NCBI GenBank assembly: GCA_028534125.1
Contig: CM052816.1
Location: forward strand, 21,640,001 to 21,704,000
Source of the DNA: Lama glama
Taxonomy: Eukaryota
Direction of reading: 5' to 3'
DNA length: 64,000 nt
The position numbers and the translations under genes are program-made. The notes beneath the pieces are model-generated. The model was not told the DNA's origin. It saw nothing but the letters and a program-made list of their open reading frames with translations, and ran no database searches. Shown piece by piece: positions 23,647 through 38,033 of this stretch (within the stretch, counting starts at the first letter, position 1; each line of letters begins with the position of its first letter).

Positions 23647-24381
23647 ATTGTAGTTTTGATTTGATTTTCTCTAACAGTTAGTGAGGTTGAGCATCTTTTC
23701 CTGTGCTTGTTGGCCATCTGTCTGTCTTCTTATGAGAGATGTCTGTTTAGGTCTTCTGCCCATTTTTGATTGGGTTGCTTGTTTTTTTGATATTAAGGTG
23801 TATGAGCTGTTTGTATATTTTGGAAATTATTCCCATGTCATTTGCATCATTTGCAAATATTTTCTCCCATTCTGTAGGTTGTCTTTTCGTTTGGTTGATG
23901 GTATCCTTAGCTGTGCAAAGGCTTTTAAGTTTCATTAGATCCCATTTGTTTATCTTTACTTTTATTTCCATTACTCTAGGAAAAAAATAATGCTGTGATT
24001 TATGTCTAAGAGTGCCTTTCTGCCTATGTTTTCCTCTAGGAGTTTTATAGTCTCTGGTCTTACATTTAATTATTTAATCCATTTTGTATTTAGTTTTTTA
24101 TATGATGTTAGAGAATGTTCTAATTTCAGTCTTTTACAGATAGCTGTCCAGTTTTCCCAGCACACTTATTGGAGAGACTGTCTTTTCTCCACTGTATATT
24201 CTTGCCTACTTTATCATAGATTAATTGACCATAAGTATGTGGGTTTATTTCTGAACTTGCTATCCTGTTCCATTGATCTGTGTGTCTAATTTTGTGCCAG
24301 TACCATACTGTTTTGATTACTGTAGCATTATAGTATAGTCTGAAGTCAGAGTGCATGATTCCCCCAGCTCCATTCTTCTTC

Positions 24382-24458
24382 CTTTTTTTTTTAACTTTTT
24401 TTTTATTGAGTTATAATCATTTTACAATGTTGTGTTAAATTCCAGTGAAGAGCACAAT
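24382..24458 (-). mobile_element. 77-bp extremely 5'-truncated young L1 insertion nested in L1 ORF2
   Basis: Poly-T head; 13-bp TSD tccattcttcttc (24369-24381, 24459-24471); near-identical to the L1 3' end at ~37315-37381. Confidence 0.9.
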
Positions 24459-27400
24459 TCCATTCTTCTTCTTCAAGATTGTTTTGGCTATTTGGGGTCT
24501 TTTGTATTTCCATACAAATTTTAACATTTTTTCTTACGGCTATGTGAAAAATGTCTTTGGTAATTTGATAGGGATTGCGTTGAATCTGTATATTGCCTTG
24601 GGTAGTATGGCCATTTTAACAATATTGATTCTTCCAATCCAAGAACACAGTGTGTCTTTCCATGTGTCTGTCATCTTCAATTTATTTCATCAGTGTCTTA
24701 CAGTTTTTGGAGTACAGGTCTTTTACCTCCTTGGGTAGGTTTATTACTAGATATTTTATTCTTTTTGGTGTGATGGTAAATGGTATTGTTTCCTTAATTT
24801 CTTTAACCTGTTATTTCATTGCTAGTGTATAGAAATGCAGGTGATTTCTGTATATTAATTTTGTATTCTGCAACTTTACCAAATTCATTGATGAGTTCTA
24901 GTAGTTTTCTGATTGCCTCTTTCATGTTTTCTATGTATAGTGTCATGTAGTCTGCAAATAGTGATAGTTTTACTTCTTTCTTTCCAATTTGGATTCCTTT
25001 TATTTCTTTTTTTTCCTCTGATTGCTATGGCTAGGACTTCCAAAACTATGTTGGACTTTCAAAACTATGTTGAATTAAAGTGGCAAGAGTAAGCATCCTT
25101 GTCTTGTTCTTGATCTTAGAGAAAATGCTTTCAGCTTTTCCCCATTAAGTATGATGTTAGCTGTGGGTTTGTCATATATGGCCTTTATTATGTTGAAGTA
25201 TATTCTGTCTATGCTCATTTTCTGGAGAGTTTTTATCATAAACAGATGTTGAATTTTATCAAAAGATTTTTCTGCATCTTTTGAGATGATCATATTGTTT
25301 TTATACTTCAATTTGTTAACATGGTATATCACATTGATTGATTTGCAGATATTGATATATCCTTGCATCCCTGGGATAATTGCCACTTGATCATGGTGTA
25401 TGATCCTTTTAATGCATTGTTGGAGTTGGTTTGCTAGTATTTTGTTGAGGATTTTTGCATCTATATTCGTAAGTGATATTGGCCTGTAATTTTCTTTTTT
25501 TGTGATATCTTTGCTTTTGGTTTCAGGGTGATGATGGCCTTATAGAGTGAGTTCAGAAGTCTTCCTTCCTCTGCAATTTTTGGGAATAGTTTCGGGAGGA
25601 TGGATGTGAACTTGTCTCTAAATGTTTGGTAGAATTCAGCTGTGAAGCCATCTAGTTCTGGACTTCTGTTTGTTGGGAGTTTTCAAAATGCTGATTGAAT
25701 TTCAGTACTGGTAATTGGTCTATTAATATTGTCTATTTCTTCCTTATTCAGTCTTGGCAAATTGTACCTTTGTAAGAAATTGTCCATTTCTTCTACGTTG
25801 TCCTTTTTGTTGGTGTATAGTTGCTCATAGTAGCCTCTTATCTCTTGTATTTCTCTGATGTCAATGTGACCTCCTTTTTCATTTCTGATATTATTAATTT
25901 GGTCTCTCTCCCTTTTTTCTTTGATGAGTCTGACTAAAGGCTTATCAATTTTATCTTTTCAGGGAATCAGATTTTAGTTTCATCAATCTTTTATATTTTT
26001 TAGTCTCTATTTCATTTATTTCTGGTCTAATCTTTATGATTTCTTTTCTTCTACTAACTTTGGGTTTTGTTTGTTCTTCTTTCTCTAACTGCTTTAGGTG
26101 TAAGGTAGGTTGTTTACTTGAGATTTTTCTTATTTCCTGAGGTAGGCTTGCATCACTATAAACTTCCCTCTGAGAACTACTTTTGCTGTGTCCCGGAGGT
26201 TTTGGATTATTGTGTTTTCATTTTCATTTGTGTCAATGTATTTTTTTATTTCCTCTTTGATTTCTTGAGTGATCCATTGGTTATTTAGTAGCATATTGTT
26301 TAGCCTCCACGTGTTTGCAGTTTTTGCAATTTTTTGTCTTGTAATTGATTTCTAACCTTATAGCATTGTGGTCAGAAAAGATGCTTGGTATGATCTCAGT
26401 TTTCTTAAATTTACTGAGGCTAGCTTTGTGTGCCAGCTTGTGGTCAATTCTGGAGAATGTTCCATGTGCTCTTGAGAAGAATGTGTATTCTGTTATTTTT
26501 GGATGGAATGCTCAATAGATATTAAGTCCATCTGGTCTAATGTGTTATTTAGGGCCTGTATTTCCTTATTGATTTTCTGACTGGATGATCTGTCCATTGA
26601 TGTAAGTAGGGTGTTAAGGTCCCCTACTATTCTGTTATTGTCAGTTTCTCTTATGTCTGTTAACAGTTGCCTTATATAATTAGGTGCTCCTGTGTTGGGT
26701 GCATATATATTTATGATTGTTATATCCTCTTCTTGGATTGATCCCTTAAGCATTATGTCATGTCCTTCTTTGTCTCTTGTAACATTCTTTATTTTAAAAT
26801 TTGTTTTGTCCAATATAAGTATTGCTGCGCCAGCATTCCTTTGGTTTCCATTCGCATGGAATATCGTTTTCCATCCCCTTTCAACCTGCCTGTGTTTCTA
26901 GCTCTGAAGTGGGTCTCTTGTAGACAGCATATATATGTATGGGTCATGTTTTTGTATCCATGCAACCAGTCTATGTCTTTTGGTTGGAGTGTTTAATCCA
27001 TTTACATTTAAAGTAATTATTGATATGTGTGTTCTTATCATTTTGTCAATTGTTTTGGGTTTGCTTTTATAGGCCTTTATTTTTTCTCTTCCTTCTTTTT
27101 GTTCTCTTTTCTTGTGGCTTGATGACTAGAGAAGGTCCTTTAACATTTGTTGTAAAGCTGGTTTGGTGGTGCTGAATTCTTTTAGCATTTGTTTATCTGT
27201 GAAGCTTTTGATTTCTCCATCAAGTCTAAATGAGAGTCTTGCTGGATAGAGTATCTTAAGCTTTTTCCTTTCACACTTTAAATATATCTTGCCACTCCCT
27301 CTGAGCTGTAGAGTTTCTGCTGAAAAATCAGCTGATAACCTTGTGGGAGTCCTGTTGTATGTTATTTGTTGCTTTTCTCTTGCTGATTTTAATATTTTAT

Positions 27401-29569
27401 TCTTATCCTTAATTTTTGTCAATTTGATGACTGTGTTCATTGGTGTGTTCCTCTTTGGGTTGATCCTATGTGGAACTCTCTGCACTTCCTGGACTTGGGT
27501 GACTGTTTCCTTTCCCAAGTTGGGTAAGTTTTCAGTGATTATCTCTCAAGATTTTTTCAGGTCCTTTCTGTCTCTCTTCTCTTTCTGGGACCCCTGTAAT
27601 GCGAATATTAGAGCACTTCATGTTGTCCCAGAGTTCTCTTAGACTATCCTCATTACTTTTCATTCATTTTCCTTTTCTCTGTTCTGCAATAGTGATTTCC
27701 ATTAATCTGTCTTCTAGCTTACTGATCCATTCTTCTGTTTCATTTAGTCTGTTCTTGCTTCCTTCTAGTTTGTTATTCACTTCAGAAATTTTATTTCAAC
27801 TTTAGGTATTGTTTATATTTTGCAACTCTGCTAAAATTTTGCTCTGTGCATCTATACTCCTCTTGAGTTTTCTAAATATCTTCACCATCATTACTCTGAA
27901 CTGTCTCAGATAAATTGCCTATCTCCTTATCATTTATTTCTTCTTCTGGGATTTTATCTTGTGCCTTGGCCTGGAAGATATTTTCTGTCACCTCATATTG
28001 TCTGTCTTTCTGTTTGTATTTTTAGGTAGGTTAGTTATGTTTCTCGACCTTGGAGAAGTGGCCCTCTGTGGGAGACATCCTTTGTGTCCCAGCAGTGCAC
28101 TTCTCTCGTCACACAAGGGCCAGGGTCCAGCCAGTCCCAGTGTAGAGTCTGGCCTGTGTTTGTGGATTCCTTCCACAGGCTTCGGGATTGTTGTTTTCTT
28201 ATCTCTGCTATCTGCCCCCTGGTGGATGAGGCTGAACAGGAGGCTTATGCAGGTTTCCTGGAAGGAGGAGTTGGTGCCTGCCCACTGCTGGATGAAGCTT
28301 GATCCTGGACCTCTGGTGGGTAGGGCTGTGTCTAGAGCCCTTTGTGGCTTAGGAAGACTGATGATGAGTGTGGTGGTGTTCCCACCCTGTATGTTGTTTG
28401 GCCTGAGGCTTCCTTACAGGCTGTTGGGTGGGTTTAGGTCTTGGTGCTAATGATCCGATCAAGATGTCAGTCTCCAGGAAAGCTCATGTAGATGAACAGT
28501 CCTGGAATGTCCACCACCAGCTTTTATGTCCCCTGGGTGAGCCACAGCTGTCCCCCACATCCCAGGAGACCTTCCAAAACCAGCAGTCAGGCCCGACCCA
28601 GGTTCCTATGAAATCACTGCCTCTGCAACTTGAACCTGGAGCATGTGAGTTTCTATGTACGCTTCCCAAGAGAATGAGGTCTCTTTTTCCCCTAGTCCTG
28701 TGGGGCTCCTGGAGCTAAGCCCTGCTGGCCTTCAAAACCAGATGTCTTGGGGTCTCCTCCACCTCCCAATGCTGGAAACTCAGGCTGGGGAGCTTAGAAC
28801 TCTCACTTCTATGGGAGGGCCTCTGCGACTTAACTATTCAGCTTGTGGGTTGCCCACCTGCGGGGTATGCAGCCCTATTATATCATGAACACGCTCCTCC
28901 TACCATCCTACTATGATTCCCTCTTTATGTCTCTAGTTGAAAAAGACCTTTTTTCTAGGTTCCAGTCTTTTTTTCAATGGTTGTTTGGCAGTCAGTTGTG
29001 GTTTTGTTGTAGTCGAGAGGAGAGGCAAGCTCATGGTCCTACCACTCTACCAGCTTGAATGGAGGGATATAATCTTTATATACAGCAGAAGTTCTTACTT
29101 GTCAGTATTTTATTTGGACATTTTCTCTTTTCTGTAGAATAGATAATATCTATTGGTATACCTCCAACCTCAATGATTCTGCCTCTGTCATCTCCATTTT
29201 CATATTAAGTCCATCTAGTGAAGTTTTAAACTCAGACATTATATTTTTCAATTCAATAATTTTCAATAGATTCTTTATTCCTATTATTATTAACTACCTC
29301 TTTTCTGAGATTTCTCTTATTATTAATTGTATTATTTTTCTTTACATTCTTGCATGTGGTTATAATAACTGCTTTAAAATCTTTGCTAATTCCAACATCT
29401 GTTTTATCTTTAGATTGGTTTCATTTGTGTCTTTTCTCTAGAGAATATGTCACATGTTTCTGGTTCTCCATTTGTCAAGTAGTTTTTTTATTATTATATA
29501 CTGGCTTCTGCAAATATAATAATGTTGGGCCTCTAGATTCTATTATAATCTTTTGAAGAATGTTGTTGT

Positions 29570-32500
29570 TCATTGATATAATTGACATGTAACATTGTAT
29601 TAGTTTTAGATGTACAATACAATGATTTAATAATAAATCATTATTTAGTTAATAATGATTTAATAATAATTTAATAATAATAAATTTAGTTAAAATCCAT
29701 CACTTTAAATAGTTACAATCTTTTTTGAGATGAGAACTTTTAAGATTTATTCTCTTAGCGACTTTCAAATGTACAATACAGTATTGTTAATTATAATCAC
29801 TGTGCTGTAGATTACATCCCTAGGACCTATTTTGCCCACCCTGCCACTCTCCATCTCTGGCAACCACCAATCTGTTCTTTATATCTATGAGTTCAGTTTT
29901 TTGTTTTTGTTTTTAAAGTTCACATTTAAGTGAGATCATACAGTATTTGTCTTTGTCCATCTGACTTATTTCATTTAGCATAATGCCCTCTAGGTCCATC
30001 CATGTTGTTGCAGAAAGCAAGATTTTCTCTTTTATGGCCGAATAATATTCAACTGTCAATGGATGTTTAGACTGTTTCTATGTCTTACCTATTGTAAATA
30101 ATGCAATGAACATGTGTATGCAGATACATTTTCAAGATTGTGATTTCTTTTCCATCGGATAAGTACACAGAAGCATAATTTCAGGATCGTATGATAGTTC
30201 TATTTTAACTTTTTGAGGAATCTCCATCCTGTTTTTCATAGTGGCTGCACCAATTTAGGTTACCACCAACAGTGCACAAGAGTTCCCTTTTCTCCACAAC
30301 ATTGCCAATACTTGTTATTTCTTGTCTTTTAGATAATAGCCATTGTAACAGATGTGAGGTGGCATCGCATTGTGGTTTTGATTTGCATTTCCCTGATGAG
30401 TAATGATTTTGAGTACCTTTTCATGTATCTGTTGGCTTTTTTATGTCATATTTAGAAAAATGTCTATTCAGATCCTTTGCTCATTCTTTAATTGGATTGT
30501 TTTGTTTTGTTTTTCTATTGAGATGTATGAGTTCTACATATAATTTGGATATTGGCCCCTTATCACATATATGATTTCCAAATATTTTCTCATGTTCCAT
30601 AGTTTGCCTTTTCATTTTGTTGATAGTTTCTCTTGCTATACAGGAGCTTCTCAGTTTGATATAGACCCACTTTTTTATTTTTTATTTTGTTGCTTTCATT
30701 TTTGGTGTCAAGTCCGAAAAATCATTGCCAAGGCCAATGTCAGGGACCTTACCCTCTAGGTTTTCTTCTAGGAATTTTATGATTTCACGTCTTATGTTCA
30801 AGTCTAATCCATTTTGAGTTGACTTTTGTATGTGGTATGAGATAATGGTCTAGTTTCATTCTTTTGCATGTGGCTGTCCAGTTTTTCTAATACCATCTGT
30901 TGATGACATTATACCTTCCCCATTTTGTAGTCTTGTCTCCTTTGTTGTAAACTGAACAAATATGCATAGATTTATTTCTGGGCTTTCTCTTCTGTCCCAT
31001 TGATCTGTATGTCTTTTATGTCAATACCATACTATTTTGATGACTGTTAAGTATGTAATACAGTTTGAAATCAGGACGCATGATACCTTTAGCTGTGTTC
31101 TTTTTTCTCAAGATTGTTTTGCCTATTCAGGGTCTTTTGTGGCTCCATGTAAATTTTAGGATTTTTTTGTTCTATTTCTGTGAAAAATGCCTTTGGAGTT
31201 TTGATAGGGATTGCATTGAATTGTAGATTGCTTTTGGTAGTATGAACATTTTAACAATATTACTTCCAATCCATTAGCCTGGAATATCTTTCCATTTATT
31301 TGTGTCTTCAGTTTCTTTCATCAATATCTTATAGTTTTCAGCATACAGATTTTTCACTTCCTTGGTTAAATTTATTCCTACATGTTTTGTTCTTTTTGTT
31401 ACAATTGTAAATGGGATTGTTTTCCTAGCTTCTATTTGATTGTTTGTTACTAGTGTATAGAAATGCAACTGATTTTTGTATATTGATTTTATATCCTGCA
31501 ACTGCTTAATTTGTTTATCAGTTCTTATTTTTTTGGTGGAGTTCTTAGACTTTTATATATAAGATAATGGCATCTGCAAATAGAGATAGTTTTACTTCTT
31601 CCTTTACAGTTTGGATGCCTTTCATTTATTCTTCTTGCCTAATTGCTCTGGCTAGGACTTACGGACATCCTTGTCTTATTCCTGATTATGGAAGAAAAAT
31701 CTTTCCATTTTTCACCACTGAGTGTCATGTTCATTGTGGATTTAGCATATTTGGCCTTTTTTATGTTAAAGTATATTCCCTGTATACCCACTTACTGAGA
31801 GTTTTAAAAATCATGAATGGGTGTTGAATTTTGTCAAACGATTTTTCTACATCTATTGAAATGATCATATGACTTTTCCCCTTCATTTTGTTAATATGGT
31901 GCATCACATTGATTTTTGAACCATCCTTGCATTCCAAGCATAAATCCCACTTGATCTGTTTGTGTGTGATCTTTTTACTGTATTATAAAACTTGGTTTGC
32001 TAATAGTTCATTAAGGATTTTTACATCTATGTTCATCAGGGAAATTGGCCTGTATTTTTTCTTCTTGTATTTTTGTCTGATTTTGCTATCAGTATAATGC
32101 TGGCCTAGTAAAATTAGTTTGCAAGCATTACCTCTTCTTATACTTTTTGGAAGAGTTTAAGAAGGATTGGTATTAGTTTTTCTTTACATATGTGGTTGAA
32201 TTTACCAGTGAAGTCCTGTTGTCCTGGACTTCTTTGTTGGGAGGTTTTAAGTTACTGATTCAGTCTCCTTACTAGTAATTGATCTACTTAGATTTTCTGT
32301 TTCTTCGTGATTCATTCTTAGTAGGTTGTATGTTTCTAGGAACTTATCCATTTCTTCTAGGTTGTCCCAATTTATTGGTGTATAGTTATTCAAAGTAGTT
32401 TCTCACAGTCCTTTGTATTTCAGTGGGTATCAGTTGTAACACCTCTTTTTTCATTTCTGATTTTATTTGTTTGAGTCTTCTCTTTTTCTTGGTGAGTCTA

Positions 32501-35500
32501 GCAAAAAGTTTGTCTATTTTGTTTATCTTTCCAAAAAACCAGCTCTAGTTTTATTGACCTTTTGTATTGTCTTTTTTGTCTCCATTTTATGTGTTTCACC
32601 TCTGATCTTTGTCATTTCTTTCCTTCTTTTGACTTTGGGCTTTATCTGTTCTTTTTTTCCCCTAGTTCCTTGAGGTGTAAAGTGAGGTTGTTTGAGTTCT
32701 CTTTTGTTTCTTAGGCATTTATTGCTATGAGCTTTCCTTTTAGAACTGCTTTTACTGCAGTTCTTAAGCTTTGGTATGTTGTATTTTCACTTTTATTTGT
32801 CTCAAGACCTTTTTGATTTCTCTTGATTTCTTCTTTGACACATTGGTTGTTCAGTGGCATGTTGTTTAGTCTCCATGTGTTTGTGAATTTTCCAGTTTTC
32901 TTCTTGTAATTGATTTCTAGTTTCATATTGTGTGATTGGAAAAAGATGCTTGATACAATTTCAATGTTCTTAAATTTATTAAGACCTGTTTTGTGGCCTA
33001 ACATATGATATATACTGGAGAATGTTCCATGTATGCTTGAGAAAAATATATATTCTACTGCTTTTGAGTGGAATGTTCTATAAATGTTCTGTTAAGTCCA
33101 TCTGATCTAATGTGTCATTTAAGTCCAATGTTTTCTTTTTGATTTTCTGTTTGTATGATCTACCTACTGATAGAAGCAGAGTACTGAGTACCCTACTGTT
33201 ATTGTATTGCCACCTATTTCTCCCTTTAAGGCTGTTAACATTTGCTTTATTTATTTAGATACTCCTTTGTTTTGTGTATAAGTATTTACAGATGTTATAT
33301 CCTCTGATTAGATTGACCCCTTTATCATTGTATAATGACCCTTTTTGTCTCTTTATTACAATTTTTGTCTTTAAGTCTACTTTGTCTGGTATAAGTATAG
33401 CCTTCTTAGCTTTCTTTTGGTTTCCATTGCATGGACTGTATTTTTATATCCCTTCACTTTCGGTCTATGCACATCCTTAAAGTTGAAGTAAGTTTGTTGT
33501 AGGCAGCATATTGCTGTTTTTTTTTTTCTTTTTGGTAGAGATAGAACTTATTGCCATTTTGTTAGTTGTTATAGTAATTATTGATAAATATAGACTTATT
33601 GCCATTTTGTTAATCGTTTTCTGACTGGTTTTCAATTACTTTGCTCTATTCTTATCTTGCTTTTTTTTTAATTTGATGATTTTTAAAAATAGTATGTTTA
33701 GATTCTTTTCTGTTTATTTTTTGTGTATTTACTGTAGTTATTTTCTTTGTTACCATGAGGCTTACATAAAGCCCATCTTGTATTTATAACAGTCTATTTT
33801 AATTTGCAACAACTTAACTTAGAATGCATTTTAAAGTTCTATATTTTTACTCTCCCTTACCCATTTTTTGTCTTTTTGATGCCACAATTTACATATTTTT
33901 TGTCTTGTGTATACATTAACAAATTATTACAGTTATACTTATTTTTACTGCTTCTGTCTTTTAACCTTTACACTAGATCTGTGTGATAGCCCACTACTAA
34001 TATAACATTGGATTATTTGAATTTAAGTATGTATTTGTCTTTACCAGTGAGATTTTTTATTTTCATGTTTTATTGTTATTAATTTTCTAAGGTACTAAAT
34101 GTACCTTTTCATTTCATATTGAAGAATTCCCTTTAACATTTCTTGTAAGGCTGGTCTAGTGGTAATGAGCTTCTTTAGCTTTTGCTTATGTGGATAACTA
34201 TCTCTTGTTCAATTCTGAAAGACAGCTTTGCTGGGTACAGGATTCTTGGTTGTCATTTTTTTTTCCTGTCAGCAGTTGGAATATATTCTGCCACTTCTTC
34301 TTACCTGCAAAGTTTCTGCTGAACTTATAGGGGCTTCCTTGTTCATAAGTTGTTGTTTTTCTCTTGTTGCTTTTAAGATTCTTTTTAACTTTTGAAAATT
34401 TAATTATAATATGTCTTGGCATGGGTCTCTGGATTTATCTTATTATCTTATTGGAACTTTCTGGGCTTCCTGCATCTGGCTATGTGTTTCCTTCCCCAGT
34501 ATAGGGAGGTTTTCAGCCATTATTTCTTCAAATACATTTTCTGTCCCTTTCTTTCTCTTTTTCCTCCTGGGACCTTTCATAATGGAAATATTGATCTGCT
34601 TGATATTGTCCCATAAGTCCCTTAAGCTATCTTCATTCTGTTTTATTCTCTTTTGTTTTTGTGACTCTGGATAAATTCCACTGTCCTATATTCAAATTTG
34701 CTGATCCTTTCTTCTTCATCTAGTCTGTTCTTGAATCCCTGTATTGAATTTTATAGTTCAGTTCAGTTTTTGTATTCTTCACCTTTGTGATTTCTGTTTA
34801 GTACTTTCTTATGTTATCTGTCTCTTTGTTATAATTCTTATTTTGTTCACGCATTGTTTTCTCTGACTCAGTCAGCATCTGTATGACCATTATTTTAAAG
34901 TCTTTATCAGATAAACCATTTATCTCCATTTTTTTAAGGTCTTTTTTGATGTTTTATCTTATTCATTCATTTGGAAGATATTCCTCTATTTGTTCATTTT
35001 CCTTGAATCTCTGTTTTGGTTTCTATGCATTAGATAAAGAGCCCCCACTTCCAGACGTAAAAGAGTGGTCTTATGTAGGAGATGAACCCTGTCATTAAAC
35101 CATCCCTTAGCTCTTGAGGGTGTCTCAAACCTTTGCAATTGTTCAAGCTGCCTTATTTGTTCTTAGTGGCTTCTAGTAATTGAGGGCATACCAAGCCCTA
35201 TTAGTGTCCAAAGGGAAGGATATTAGTCAGCTCCTAGATGCAGGATGAGTGTAATCTGGACTCTCTGGCAGCAGCTTTTAAAGTAGGCAAATATACCCTT
35301 TTCAAGTGAATTCTGGGAGATGTGTATTTCTCTGCTCCCTCTGTGGCCTGTGGTAATAGCGAATTAAGAACTGTTTGTTTGCTCCCCTCCTGTTGAAACC
35401 GTGAACACAGACCTCACTGTCCACCAAGAGGTGTGCCCTGGACTGCATCACAGAATCTGGAGCACCAGGGCTATGCACAAAGTCTTTCTGGGAGAAACCA

Positions 35501-36390
35501 GTGACCTGGAGCAAGGGAGGAGGGTATGAAGATAGTGTCTGCTACCTCCCTCGTCTCTGGAGAGTATTACAATCAGTTCCTTGATGTGTATTAAGTTAGA
35601 ATCTGGCCCCTGAGGCTGCAGCTATTAAAATAAGCAAATATATCTCTTTCACCAGACAGACTGCTGGATCCCAGAGGAATTAGATATGGTAAGTCCATGT
35701 GAGCCCTTTAAGAACAATCTCTTAGTTTGCTGTATAGCCTTGTAGATATCATAGATGTAAGCACTGTTGGCTTTCAAAGCTAGATGTGTTGGGGCCCCAT
35801 CTCTCAGGTAGACATCTTAAAAGCAAGATGTGGGGTCCAAACCCATTCCTCCTCAGGGAGATGCTGGGAGTTTTGAGTTGCCTCCTGGTTTTGCATCATC
35901 TTGCCAGATTTGGGGTTTATGGCAAGATTGTGTCTCAGCCTCCCTTATGATTATTTTTAAATTAATGTTTAGTTGATTTACAATATCATGTTAGTTTCAG
36001 GTGTACAACCTAGTGATTCAAAAATTTTATAGATTATACTCCATTTGGAGTTATTATAAAATATTGGCTATATTCTCTGTGCTGTATAATGTATCTTTGT
36101 TGCTTATTTATTTTATACATAGTAGTTTGTACCTCTTAATACTCTACCCCTATTTTGCCCTCCCCCTTTCCTTCTCCCACTAGTCACCACTAGTTTGTTC
36201 TCTGTATCTGTGAGTTTGTTCTCTCTTACTGTTTTTGATGTGGGTTTTTTCTTGTTTGCCTGATGTATAGGAGTCACTCAGCCTCTGGATTTCTTTCAGA
36301 GAAATTTTTTCTGTATGTAGCTGTAGATTTGATGTGTCCATGGGAGGAGGTGAGTTCAGGATTCCCCTACATCACCATCTTGGAATAGAC
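29570..36390 (-). mobile_element. Second near-full-length, older decayed L1
   Basis: ORF2 remnants (LGHKTGLNKFKNIEI..WRLNNM; GINLTKEVKNLYAENYK..NKWKDIP), ORF1 remnant (MPRHIIIKFSK), 5' end caccatcttgg; TSD-like gaatgttgttgtt/gattgttgttgtt. Confidence 0.9.
35950..36220 (-). mobile_element. Younger L1 3' end nested in the 5'UTR of the older L1
   Basis: agttgatttacaatatcatgttagtttcaggtgtaca...tagtttgttctctgtatctgtgag. Confidence 0.8.
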
Positions 36391-37289
36391 AACTGATTGT
36401 TGTTGTTTTTAATAACAGGCAGTTAACTTGGTTGGACACACTGCAAGCTCTATTTTCTTGTGTAGTTCAGTTCTTTTATTCTTGGCTGGGCAGCTTGCAG
36501 TCTCACTTACATGTGCTCTGTTTAGATGTCTGCAAGAGATTCAGGCAAGCTTATACACAGAATGTGGAAATCCTCTTTCTGTCACATTATTGTGATTTAC
36601 TCTTCACTTTTTAGCAGCTATGGTTGCCTCAAACTCTGTAATGTGGTGCTTCAGGTTAGAAAAACTTTGGATTTTCTGTCAAAATTGTAGCTACCCTGTG
36701 CTGTGTCAACTGTGGTCATCTAAGGCTAGCAGCCATTTAAGAATACGAAACTACCATGTACCATTCCTGTCTTTTAAAGATTGACTTCCATTCATAATCT
36801 GGCTGTTTTTGTTTACTCTGCAGTGCCTTCTAGTAATTATTTTTCATATTTTGTCTAGAGTTTATGGTTATCTGGGTGGGAGTCAGTCTGTTAGGAATGT
36901 ACTTAGCTATATTAAACAATCTTTTATTCTTAATGAAAATAATTCTGTTTATCTATGTGAATAAGTACTTTGTTCGTATGACTCGTGTATTTGGTCTCAG
37001 TTTTGACATGCTATTTTAGGTTAATTTACTGTATTAATAATTTTATATTTGCCTGTTTTACTAGGATATATCTTAGAATTGGCCCTTTAAGGTCAATTCC
37101 TCTCATTTATTTTTCTTTTATAAGGATCCACTGAAACCTACACCGCTTTTCTTTGTTAGTCTTTTATATTTATCTCTGATCCTGTTTACTTTTATCTTCA
37201 TTCTCTTTATTTTACTTTCCTAGTTCTTTCCTCTGTGTCTCTTGGTACACTTTGATAATATCTGCATATTTGTTGGACACTTTATAATT

Positions 37290-37533
37290 TTTTTCTATTT
37301 ATTTATTTATTTATTTTAACATTTTTTATTGCTTTATAATCATTTTACAATGTTGTGTCAAATTCCAGTGTTCAGCACAATTTTTCAGTCATTCATGGAC
37401 ATATACACACTCATTGTCACATTTTTTTCTCTGTGAGTTATCATAACATTTTGTGTATATTTCCCTGTGCTATACAGTGTAATCTTGTTTACCTATTCTA
37501 CAATTTTGAAATCCCAGTCTATCCCTTCCCACC
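37290..37533 (-). mobile_element. Young L1 3' end running into the assembly gap
   Basis: (TTTA)n tail then the same 3'UTR sequence as 24382-24458. Confidence 0.85.
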
Positions 37534-38033
37534 NNNNNNNNNNNNNNNNNNNNNNNNNNNNNNNNNNNNNNNNNNNNNNNNNNNNNNNNNNNNNNNNNNN
37601 NNNNNNNNNNNNNNNNNNNNNNNNNNNNNNNNNNNNNNNNNNNNNNNNNNNNNNNNNNNNNNNNNNNNNNNNNNNNNNNNNNNNNNNNNNNNNNNNNNNN
37701 NNNNNNNNNNNNNNNNNNNNNNNNNNNNNNNNNNNNNNNNNNNNNNNNNNNNNNNNNNNNNNNNNNNNNNNNNNNNNNNNNNNNNNNNNNNNNNNNNNNN
37801 NNNNNNNNNNNNNNNNNNNNNNNNNNNNNNNNNNNNNNNNNNNNNNNNNNNNNNNNNNNNNNNNNNNNNNNNNNNNNNNNNNNNNNNNNNNNNNNNNNNN
37901 NNNNNNNNNNNNNNNNNNNNNNNNNNNNNNNNNNNNNNNNNNNNNNNNNNNNNNNNNNNNNNNNNNNNNNNNNNNNNNNNNNNNNNNNNNNNNNNNNNNN
38001 NNNNNNNNNNNNNNNNNNNNNNNNNNNNNNNNN
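37534..38033. other. Assembly gap, exactly 500 N
   Basis: Run of N. Confidence 1.

Larger units (their letters stand above)
22595..29055 (-). mobile_element. Near-full-length decayed L1 (5'UTR, ORF1 ~27126-28000, ORF2 ~22800-26990, partial 3'UTR)
   Basis: ORF track: ORF1p (RINPKRNTP..ILYPARLSF), endonuclease (DKEGHDIMLKGSIQEEDITIINIYAPN), RT ([23 protein letters not shown]), C-terminal ([11 protein letters not shown]); many frameshifts. Confidence 0.95.

Noticed and set aside
25034..25071. 19-bp tandem duplication (similar small duplications at ~47403-47460 and ~52238-52295)
   Set aside because: Ordinary slippage duplications in dead repeats
27959..28888. Cluster of overlapping ORFs up to 163 aa
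   Set aside because: They lie in the GC-rich L1 5'UTR; no homology recognised
22595..36390. Retrotransposition-competent L1
   Set aside because: Both long L1s have fragmented ORF1/ORF2 and nested insertions
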